The translations under genes and the position numbers were made by a program. From the IMG/VR virus record IMGVR_UViG_3300006099_000007, positions 15,529-79,528 of that record: a stretch of DNA of 64,000 nucleotides; one strand, 5' to 3'. Below are positions 57,901-64,000 of the stretch, piece after piece. Position 1 is the stretch's first letter, and every line of letters begins with the position of its first letter. The notes beneath the pieces were generated by a model. That model did no database searches, was not told where the DNA came from, and was given only the letters and a program-made list of their open reading frames with translations. The stretch comes from a virus (Duplodnaviria; Caudoviricetes).

Positions 57901-60900
57901 AAGACGACATGGAAGTTCCGGGAGGTGGAGACTGGCGTTATAGAAGTGATGCAACGATCCCTGGTAAATAGTTTTTTGCCGAAGGATGCCCTGCCGGAGG
58001 CCAAGGAGGACGCGTCAGATATCGCCTGGTCTGTTCTTGGCGATTTGGTTGATGCCTCCAAAGGAAGCATGACTGTTTCAGACATCGCCAGAGAGGTGAT
58101 GGAGGAGATTGAAATCAACAGGAAACACGCGGAGGAGTATCCCCAGGAGCGGGAGAAAATGGTCCAGCTGGAAGGCTTTCTACTTTCTCTGCTTGATCAT
58201 CTGGACGAGATAGAGGTCAGGACGGGCATGCCTTCCAATTACCGCGTGGAGCTGAATGTGGAGGATTATTTGGACTTCATGGAAGGAGGGGAGCTGCTGT
58301 TTTGGGATAAAGGGTACGGCTCATCTACAACATCCAGAATAGGAGATTGGCTTCTGGATGAGGGCAAGGAAGAAGCGTATTCTTTGTTCAACGACAAGGA
58401 TCCGGAAAATGGGTATTGGATGGGGGGCAAGATTTACCGCTCGTTGGAGGATGCCTTGGGAAGCCCCAGAGAGGCGAGCGAGTTTCTGTTAAGGCATGGA
58501 GTGAGGGGCATCAGGTACGCAGACGGTTTTTCCCGCTGGAAGGCGGAGGAGAAGCAGACGTATAATTACGTGATTTTTGACGGCAACGATATTAAGATTA
58601 CGGCGTTTGCGGACGAGTCCACCGGGGGAGCGTGGGCGGATTATGAGGATCCGACGGCGAGTTTCTCTCTTGCCACGAGAGAAAGTGTCTGGGTGACGCT
58701 GGAGCGGGAGGCGCAGAAGAACCGTTTGGAGGTGCTGCGCAGCCAGACGGCAAAAGCGTTGGAGACATGGCGCCGGGTTTGCGCGGCCAACGATGTGAAG
58801 CAGGGAGACGGCGCGGAGGCGTTCGGAAGGGTCATGGCCGTGGTGGCTTCCATTTACAAGACGCTGCCGGAGGGGTACAGGTTTGGCCTTTACCCTTACA
58901 TGAGAGCTGCCGAGAATCTTGCCACCCGTCTGGAGGACGGTCAGGCATGGCTTTCCGATGAGCTGAAGAAGGAGACGCTGATGGACGATACCAGCGAGCG
59001 CATGGATGCCGTGATTGACAAGCTGCTGGCCCGCACGCTGGAACAGGCAGACCGATATGCCGTCGACCAGATGCGGGCGGAGATGGTTGCCCGCATCAAG
59101 GCCGTGCAGCCGACGAAGAAGGCCAGCGGGAAGTTTAACAAGGGCAAGTTGAGCGCGGAGGATTACAGGCATTTGCACGGGATAGTCGCCATGATGAATA
59201 CGGACCAGGAGGCGAAGGAGAAGCGAATGCTGGAGCTGGAGGGCGTGCTTTCCAGCAACCAGTCCACCGAAGAGGAACGGGGTGCGGCCGAGCTGGAATT
59301 GAAGGATTGGCACACGTTCGGATATCTGGCCGGGATGGGACTGGAGCAGACGCGCGCCTGCGCGCGCGCCCTTGCCCTGTTTATCACGACGGGACGGACG
59401 GCCTGGTCCACCCGGTTGGACGAGGAGAGGCGCCGGACGAAGTTCAAGGCCGAGAAGATTGTGGAAGGGCTTGGGCAGGCCACTCCCCAGGGAGGACGTG
59501 ACGCGGAAGAGGATGCGAAGGCGTCTACGAGAACGAAGGCGGCCAAGTACCTGAAGTACGGTTTGCAGTCTTATTCCCAGCTGTTGAATGGATGGAAGAA
59601 GATTCCCGCCCTGCGCGGTCTGGCGCATGCCGAGGTTACTGCGATTGCCGAGGCGAATGTGGCGTTGAGGAATATGAAGCACGCCCGGGACCGGGAGGTG
59701 ACGGCCCTGGTTAAGCGGTGTTTTGGCGTTCAGCGCACCAAAGATGTGGCAAGGGTTCTTTCCGATTTCAAGAAGACAGGGGATTCCGGCGTAGTGCTGA
59801 ATCCGCTGGTGAAGGTGGAGCGCACCGTGAGGATCGCCGAGGCCCGCGAGTGGGTGGGGTTGTCTTTTGAGGAGAGGGAGGAACGACGCAAGGCAATCAG
59901 GAAGGAGTACAATGACCGGGGGCTTTCCGACGATAAGGCGTCCGTGCCGGAAGCGCTTATTCCGGAGATGCGCCGGCAGCTTGCCGAGCTGGATGAATTG
60001 GTGAAGGCCGGAGACGGACGGGCCAGAAGGAGGAAGAATATTACGGCGAAGGAGGAAGTGGTGCGCCCGGGCAGGAAGGGCGAGACGTTGAAGGTTTCCC
60101 GCGCCCAGGCGATGTATGCCATTTTGCTTTACGAGCAGGCCGAGTACGTGGAGACGATGCGGAATGAAGGCATTGGAGAAGCGGAGGTTGCCCGCCTGCG
60201 CGAGTTTGTGGGCGCCGAAGGGCTGGCGTTCGGCTACGGCCTGCGGGAGCTGATGAACCGGCAGGGAAAGCTGCTGGCCCGTGTGTATGAGGAGCGTGAG
60301 GGGGTTCCCTTCCCCGCGGTGGAGAATTATTTCCGGGCCGTGTTCCGGGCGGACCACAAGCTTGATACGAAGGCGTCTTTCGGGGAACAGACGAATGCCG
60401 TGGCCGGCGGGGCGAAGTACGGGATGCTGATTCCCAGGCGGAAGCACAATTTGCACCTGGCCTGGAATATGGATTGCGAGGCCGTGTTCCAGGCGGCGAG
60501 CGCCGAGGTGGAGAATTATATTTGCACGGCGGATATTACTGCCCGCTGGCGCGGCATTCTGGCGGACAAGGAGGCGGCAGCGTCCCTGAAGGAGCACATG
60601 GGGCGCCACGGGATTGATTCGCTGCGGCACTGGCTGGATGTGATCGACGGGGCCGGAGTGATGGAGGGGGGCGCCCTGCTGGCCGGAGCCCAGGCGACAA
60701 GCCGCTTCCAGAGCGCCAAGGCGGTGGCCCTGCTGGCCTGGAACGTGCTGACGATGCTCAAGCAGACCAGCGGCCTGATGCACGGGATGTTTGCCGGGGA
60801 GGTTGGCATGGGGAGTTTCCTGCTGCACCTGGGGCAGACGATGTCCATGACCGGACGCATGGGGGTGTTTGAGGTGATGAAGACGGAGGCTTTCCGGGCG

Positions 60901-61785
60901 AGGACCAATGACGCTCAGGCGGAGCTGGTGAGCCAGCTGATGGGGTATGCTTCCGATCAGAATTACACCGGAGCGATCAGGTTTTCCATGGCCGGCATGA
61001 GGGCTATTGAGAAGATGGACGTGTGGAGCAATGCCGTGTCCATGGCCGCCCTGTATAACGCGAAGTGGGCCGAGCTGGAAGAGGCAGGAAAAAGGACCGG
61101 CGTCCCGATGACGGATGATGAGATGCACGCCCTGTGCATGCAGAGCGTGACCCGGGCGCTGGAGCTGGTGGCCCAGCCGCTGACGCAGAGCCAGAAGAGC
61201 ATGCTGGGGGCTTCCACGGGCCTGTTTGCGAAGATGGCCTGTTTTATGAGTTCCGAGGTGTTGAATAAGGTGGGGATGATCGTTTCTCATGTGAGCTCCG
61301 GGAATTGGGGGCAGGCTCTTGCTTTATATGGAATGATGTCCGTTGCCGAACAGACGGTGATTGCCCTGTGGCACGCCCTGCTGGATGACGAGGACGAGTG
61401 GGAGAAGAACGGCGGATGGTTCGGCGCCATGCTGGGGGCTCCTGTTGCCATGATTGGCGGGGTGCCGATGCTGGGTGCGGCGGTGGAGTTTGGCTACAAG
61501 CAGGCGACTGGACAGCGTATTTACGCAGGCACCGCGTCCGGAGTGATTGATTATTCCGCGATTTACCGGGCGGCCAAAAATACGTGGAAAGCCGTCACCG
61601 GGGAGAAGGAGATGACGTTTGCCGATTGGGCGGAATTGATTCTGCTGGATGCCAAGGCGGCCGCTTACGTGGCCGGAGCGGGCGCCGGGAGCCGCAGCAA
61701 GGCGGCTGATTCCGTGGCGTCCTGGCTCTTGTCCGTGGCTGGGGTGGCGAATTTGTCCAAGCCTGGGTTTAAGCTGGCGGAGTGA
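51958..61785 (+). CDS. Giant polyvalent virion/ejection protein (ParB-like, BECR-nuclease-like and two ART-like domains)
   Basis: VITGRHR ParB-like motif; YGLTHI..YSIVSAY; VYHGT..GRGFYF..PNQIKS; LHASPH..EGAQAYGWGLYF. Confidence 0.8.
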   Translation: MNDNFSFDGADAADMPLDLSFSSLPLPEGEAAAGFHLPEMEPGTGQEQAAADINLLNGSDVMETTPSPFPAPEDPSETEFRPQLTDPESLHDQGAMMMYGAAEREERRRKDKQARLMDVLRAGAMDGEGRKKAAELWGQDALNRLDLASEHDRAYMLGNRLMETIGDGDRDVGRQIYKNANNLWGTDVVTADQIWKDFQGRHQKTLDAYNENLKRVQTEQEEISRRIVDCVAGKEGSWDACPADLLKYAESPQKAADSIMRARRAYAFAERRGFEDVWRSDALDMADLLTVNVNGNEVLDQQALMLLMTAIDRKVQESQTDSAAFWRNLYRSFADTARGAESLGVKAVQAVRGIPGMSGMEEWYSNNIAPLQGVKDTFDGQRQLFDRYEQRREALNTMQDVMHEFGQRMRGTSPDASWYVKAINGAGNITGQSLSYMAPGGWALALAGDMGHAGNAASRNGDSLVDVTINGLRNTVEEKGFGVFSVFGRMGAINKLMTRTGTGALARLAAKVPGRTFFAGTRTGKMLSTPAFAYVEEMAAEPLAGELFEWTARKLSGMTGMEVKPKDFEVVGPVLQAMGDVEQSGGCALFVAAMAAGHAPRMKQEVAAFVTDAQRAQLAGYTKKHAEEMASFSTAEHKAALAQKYFETDVLKDPEGAAERARKAGAELADRQEARLYQMSGALDKVLEKANIGRIRKLEGTDRYEVSLREGAVVNGVKMEEDRSVEMNEEQTDALVQVVLQGAYLNGVRVMQDAVLGNAAISEAGKMDFIETLDMLSEEAPAEYRKAAAETGGMTVPGLMDVAARAQARIDAIVREEGVSVQEARSRTDAEVMGKVQLGSIADLAAAFERRLDHAVRSGEITRGRSEEIRNGTAAASFAHRFTMATDPGSSLLLYAGGHATTANVMEDVQESALVHYMNLTGKDWQDLWEHLQAADAVLGRYGVSLGTYEGPAHDARDVVESFSNLSLSSSLADIESLPVPQWVKDTAEFALKNLEDSARIIRMGEQWNEFAATDEGKKFMEEHGGLADALQAVGVSTESVFRQARMDAAQKLDVEMVHADLASRRAPGDATMTLGELEALEESMARMDAAEDVEETAEEEDETDPVTGIAGNSASPAPLVEDAGGSLEGVGEEAEHDEEAGAEFRDHAFVRVAPDCVFAQVRVDSLALAPDVEQFKQGDHNERGAVKGRELQGWFREDAQPISVWRRRDGALHVITGRHRFDLAVRDGVEFIPAYVYEEDDAHDATWAKMHDVGQNMLDGQASALEVAFFVRNSNMGRDEMEAQGYLRPGSANVMGWDIATLAGDEVFTRLKNGVITDNEAWKVCRLSSTEAGQMLALQLREKGKPWDYVAAYVKEADRVAAEKSREGEAFDLFGNDTSWQEDCEKVARFAARGISLIAERLSLLKKSRGISRRKDLAGRMGIRLETDADLNAAIHDLERAKGAWQSHDPALHLHDRALAWDGTSEVNPFERVPVSGATFSVVAMDSSGTVLAPETFVTREDGSPDWFVIPRRKRQPAMPVRLLVGSDVGEHRGYGLTHILASRGFSFWKDRSPERYISSILANVSELYEVAPGRELLVKGRQPSSWMLLQLDRKDGFYSIVSAYPVRQGKKPLGKKLPLAERQPANANSGTARLGPGSASKAALPSQSAGGGDGFSLPQGAHVVNVNEVECRFDDGAIVPATFSLSLEKEAIKKEAVAAGTFMKAPNGKETNLTEDQWLAVRTAAFKNWFGDWEKDPQNASKVVDENGEPRVVYHGTYGDFTVFDKAKIGSATDYGIWGRGFYFTNMENTPYGNKKLALFLNIRNPFIFNDYKSAEEIGDYLNIWDGNFHEDDRFGIFRPYATGAAQIADSAQERGHDGLIAVLGKWTEYIAFEPNQIKSSTNNRGTFDPKNPDITFSIVSAQEQGLFRDGHFEAGNAVITEPGVTFSITALHASPHSFRKFDTAFMGKGEGAQAYGWGLYFAENPEVNRSYMNQFAQDKTTWKFREVETGVIEVMQRSLVNSFLPKDALPEAKEDASDIAWSVLGDLVDASKGSMTVSDIAREVMEEIEINRKHAEEYPQEREKMVQLEGFLLSLLDHLDEIEVRTGMPSNYRVELNVEDYLDFMEGGELLFWDKGYGSSTTSRIGDWLLDEGKEEAYSLFNDKDPENGYWMGGKIYRSLEDALGSPREASEFLLRHGVRGIRYADGFSRWKAEEKQTYNYVIFDGNDIKITAFADESTGGAWADYEDPTASFSLATRESVWVTLEREAQKNRLEVLRSQTAKALETWRRVCAANDVKQGDGAEAFGRVMAVVASIYKTLPEGYRFGLYPYMRAAENLATRLEDGQAWLSDELKKETLMDDTSERMDAVIDKLLARTLEQADRYAVDQMRAEMVARIKAVQPTKKASGKFNKGKLSAEDYRHLHGIVAMMNTDQEAKEKRMLELEGVLSSNQSTEEERGAAELELKDWHTFGYLAGMGLEQTRACARALALFITTGRTAWSTRLDEERRRTKFKAEKIVEGLGQATPQGGRDAEEDAKASTRTKAAKYLKYGLQSYSQLLNGWKKIPALRGLAHAEVTAIAEANVALRNMKHARDREVTALVKRCFGVQRTKDVARVLSDFKKTGDSGVVLNPLVKVERTVRIAEAREWVGLSFEEREERRKAIRKEYNDRGLSDDKASVPEALIPEMRRQLAELDELVKAGDGRARRRKNITAKEEVVRPGRKGETLKVSRAQAMYAILLYEQAEYVETMRNEGIGEAEVARLREFVGAEGLAFGYGLRELMNRQGKLLARVYEEREGVPFPAVENYFRAVFRADHKLDTKASFGEQTNAVAGGAKYGMLIPRRKHNLHLAWNMDCEAVFQAASAEVENYICTADITARWRGILADKEAAASLKEHMGRHGIDSLRHWLDVIDGAGVMEGGALLAGAQATSRFQSAKAVALLAWNVLTMLKQTSGLMHGMFAGEVGMGSFLLHLGQTMSMTGRMGVFEVMKTEAFRARTNDAQAELVSQLMGYASDQNYTGAIRFSMAGMRAIEKMDVWSNAVSMAALYNAKWAELEEAGKRTGVPMTDDEMHALCMQSVTRALELVAQPLTQSQKSMLGASTGLFAKMACFMSSEVLNKVGMIVSHVSSGNWGQALALYGMMSVAEQTVIALWHALLDDEDEWEKNGGWFGAMLGAPVAMIGGVPMLGAAVEFGYKQATGQRIYAGTASGVIDYSAIYRAAKNTWKAVTGEKEMTFADWAELILLDAKAAAYVAGAGAGSRSKAADSVASWLLSVAGVANLSKPGFKLAE
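52389..52553 (+). repeat. 165-bp direct repeat, copy 1 (inside the giant protein gene)
   Basis: 163/165 identical to 62422-62586. Confidence 0.9.
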
Positions 61786-61840
61786 TTCCAAAATATTGCA
61801 AGCTTGTGTTTCATTTTGTGCGCCATTATGGTGTGGACTC

Positions 61841-62722
61841 ATGAAAGGCTTGCTGATTGCTGTTTGCGTTCTTCTGGGGGTGGCGCTGTTGCCGATGCCT
61901 TACGGGTATTATATGTTCCTGCGTTTAGCTGTCTGTGCTTATGCTGTCTTTGTATTTGCACAGGAACAGAAGAAGGGAGTTTGTTTTGGAAGCGTGTCAG
62001 CCGCCGCTATTGCCCTGCTTTACAATCCCATTTTCCGGGTGCATTTGGAGAAAGAGGTCTGGATGTGGGTGAATGCCGGAACCATTGTTCTTTTTTTGTC
62101 CATTATGGCGCCATGGTCCATTATCTGGAAGAAGGTGAAGGGTCCGGTTAAAGTCCTGTTTGTGCTTCTGGTAATTGCTTCCGCCGCTTTTGCTGTTGTC
62201 AAATATAGAGAGAATGAAAGGCTGGAGAAGGTGGCCACCCATGAGCGAATGCAACAGGAGCAGGCGAGAGCAAAGCAGGAAGAGAAGATGGAATGTTACA
62301 GAGCAAGGAAAGGATCGAATACCAAGGAGATGGTCTTGATGGATCTTGTGCTGTTTGCTACCGGAGATGAAGGGGCGAAAGAGAGATTCCGCGTACGTTG
62401 GGGCGAAGATGCTGTTTCCCTCCTTGATCTGGCTAGCGAACATGACCGGGCTTATATGCTTGGGAATCGCCTGATGGAGACCATCGGTGACGGAGATAGA
62501 GATGTAGGCCGCCAGATTTACAAGAACGCCAACAATTTGTGGGGAACAGATGTTGTTACGGCAGATCAGATTTGGAAGGATTTTCAGGAGAGGAATGCAT
62601 GCGTTGTGGAGGTAGAAAAGAATATGAACGCGATCAACGCAGAAGACTGGAATAGTAATGGAGCCGAAGTTTTTGCTAAGAGCTTTTTCAAGAAGCAGAT
62701 ACAACTCAAGATTCCGAAGTAG
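61841..62722 (+). CDS. Membrane protein (DUF6804-like N-terminus) fused to a copy of a giant-protein segment
   Basis: LPMPYGYYMFLR..LLYNPIFRVHLEKEVW TM domain; C-terminal segment matches the giant protein. Confidence 0.75.
   Translation: MKGLLIAVCVLLGVALLPMPYGYYMFLRLAVCAYAVFVFAQEQKKGVCFGSVSAAAIALLYNPIFRVHLEKEVWMWVNAGTIVLFLSIMAPWSIIWKKVKGPVKVLFVLLVIASAAFAVVKYRENERLEKVATHERMQQEQARAKQEEKMECYRARKGSNTKEMVLMDLVLFATGDEGAKERFRVRWGEDAVSLLDLASEHDRAYMLGNRLMETIGDGDRDVGRQIYKNANNLWGTDVVTADQIWKDFQERNACVVEVEKNMNAINAEDWNSNGAEVFAKSFFKKQIQLKIPK
62422..62586 (+). repeat. 165-bp direct repeat, copy 2
   Basis: Same reading frame and peptide as copy 1; both differences are synonymous. Confidence 0.9.
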
Positions 62723-62779
62723 GGAAATAGTAGAGCTAAATTCTTAAAAAGCACCACGAAACTTTCTGAAAGGAATTTA

Positions 62780-62808
62780 TTGACTTGGAAAGAACCGATA
62801 CATATAAG
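62780..62808 (+). promoter_or_regulatory. Sigma70-like promoter
   Basis: TTGACT-17 bp-TATAAG just upstream of the ATG at 62816. Confidence 0.65.
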
Positions 62809-62815
62809 GGAGAAT

Positions 62816-63625
62816 ATGGACATTAAAGAAGCTGTTTCAATTTCTTTCAAGGCATTAGGTAAGAAAGAAGCCCACGTAAACGATATAGCGGAGCATATTG
62901 TTCAGCATATCGCTGAATTTCAAGGGGCATCCGTTGAGGACATGAAGAAGAAGGTTAATTCTTTTTTGGCAGCCAATGTCAAAAGCAAGACACCGGTTTA
63001 TGCAAAGGTTATCAATCCAAAGACGAAGAGATCCAGAAAGGGGCTTTATAAGATCAAGCCGGAGCCAAAAGGTACTCAAGTCATCAGAACAGAACCTGAC
63101 CGTAAAAAGAAACCAAACCCCGGAGGAGATAAGCAAGTACAACTCCCTCTTGTCTTTTCCAATACTTCCTGCGACAAGATCTTTTGCGGTAAAGGTGGTG
63201 AATTTGCTGTAGTGAGTGAATTATTATTCCGTGGCTATAATGCCAGCATTATGTCTGCTGATGAAGGAGTTGATATTACAGCGTCAAAAGGAGACAAATT
63301 TTTCTTTATTCAGGTTAAAACTTCTTTTTTCAAAGAAAACAAGCTTTCTGTTTTCATTAAACCGAATAATTTTATCAACAGCTCTACCGCTAATATATTT
63401 TATGTGATTGTGTTCCGCTATTCATGCGATGGGCATATGACTAATCGTTTTCTCATTTTGCAAAATGGGGATATTAACAGAATGCAACACGGAGGATATA
63501 TTAGCACATCAGACGCCGGAATGACAATCAAGGTCAAGCAAGACAATAGAGGATTGTTTATCTATAACCGAGATAAACAAGAAGACGCAACCTATTACCT
63601 AGATAATTTTGATCTCATTAGGTAG
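62816..63625 (+). CDS. HARE-HTH-like domain plus PD-(D/E)xK restriction-endonuclease-like protein
   Basis: N-terminal winged HTH ending GLYKIK; GEFAVVSELL..DEGVDI..IQVK nuclease motif; AT-rich. Confidence 0.7.
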   Translation: MDIKEAVSISFKALGKKEAHVNDIAEHIVQHIAEFQGASVEDMKKKVNSFLAANVKSKTPVYAKVINPKTKRSRKGLYKIKPEPKGTQVIRTEPDRKKKPNPGGDKQVQLPLVFSNTSCDKIFCGKGGEFAVVSELLFRGYNASIMSADEGVDITASKGDKFFFIQVKTSFFKENKLSVFIKPNNFINSSTANIFYVIVFRYSCDGHMTNRFLILQNGDINRMQHGGYISTSDAGMTIKVKQDNRGLFIYNRDKQEDATYYLDNFDLIR

Positions 63626-63805
63626 AAACTTATTTAACAAAAAAGCCCCTGACCCGGAGGCCAAGGGCTGAACAGGAGCGCTTTTCTGGGAGGATGCTAC
63701 TGTACACGGCTGTAATGGCAATAAAAAACCGCCCGCGTTTCCCAACGTGGACGGCTAACGGAAAATAAAAAAGAGGGTTTACCTATAACATACCTCTCTA
63801 TTACG

Positions 63806-64000
63806 TCAAGCTTTCTTCCAGCGTTCCAGCGTTTCCACATAGATGCCGGAGATTTTACCGCCGTCCATGGGTTCGATGTCTCCGAAGTCGGGATTGAGTG
63901 GATGTAATACGTATTCCATTTTTCCGGTTTCCGGGTTTTTCCTGCGAACCAGTTTTTTGAGCGTCACCCCTCGTTCATCGTGGTATTGAACAATGGTTCC
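63806..64000 (-). CDS. C-terminus of an S24-family (LexA/CI-like) repressor, 5' part outside the window
   Basis: Open frame ..GVTLKKL..YVLHPLNPDFGDI..ISGIYV.. ending at TGA 63808-63806. Confidence 0.75.
   Translation of the reverse strand, partial: GTIVQYHDERGVTLKKLVRRKNPETGKMEYVLHPLNPDFGDIEPMDGGKISGIYVETLERWKKA

Larger units (their letters stand above)
34114..64000. mobile_element. Podovirus-like temperate phage (unit 2), continuing beyond the window
   Basis: T7-type portal, scaffold, capsid, tail tubular A/B, internal virion proteins, own integrase/att and S24 repressor. Left boundary is inferred. Confidence 0.7.

Noticed and set aside
51940-61290. Long minus-strand ORFs (51940-55713, 58489-61290, and similarly 45865-48081, 42899-44509, 21067-22680)
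   Set aside because: They are antisense shadows of well-supported GC-rich plus-strand genes and show no recognisable motifs.
52389-62586. 165-bp repeat as a diversity-generating retroelement TR/VR pair
   Set aside because: No reverse transcriptase in the window; only two differences, both synonymous and one at a C/T position; the repeat is not at a C-terminal variable domain.
63694-63768. Plus-strand mini-ORF MLLYTAVMAIKNRPRFPTWTANGK as a third toxin
   Set aside because: The GGGAGG abuts the ATG with no spacer, the peptide is not strongly hydrophobic, and no promoter was seen.
1-64000. CRISPR array
   Set aside because: No regularly spaced repeat-spacer series was seen; the repeated motifs are dispersed singly upstream of genes.

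Overview
Phage-only window with no host housekeeping genes. The host is probably Akkermansia/Verrucomicrobiota, an impression from gene content that I could not verify. Two temperate phage genomes lie end to end. Unit 1 (about 2-34113) reads like one circularly permuted lambda-like siphovirus genome: tail-fibre tip, lysis, primase/helicase, an attP-like site (tRNA-Cys 3' core with arm repeats on both sides), integrase, a doubled immunity switch, hicAB, tRNA-Glu, GpA terminase, portal, Clp protease, capsid, tail, tape measure, a glycosyltransferase-like gene and the tail-fibre N-terminus. Unit 2 (about 34114-64000, running off the window) is podovirus-like: a different fibre tip, lysis, T7-type portal, scaffold, integrase with a second attP-like site (tRNA-Ser core), capsid, tail tubular A/B, terminase, internal virion proteins including a 3275-aa polyvalent protein, morons and an S24 repressor. 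Highlights are two unannotated small-peptide/antisense-sRNA (type I TA-like) loci, a separate repeated late-promoter-like motif in each unit, conserved linkers bounding swapped fibre-tip and lysis modules, an exact -1 frameshift site, and a 165-bp near-identical segment shared by the giant virion protein and a membrane moron. Family assignments come from motif recognition, not database searches.
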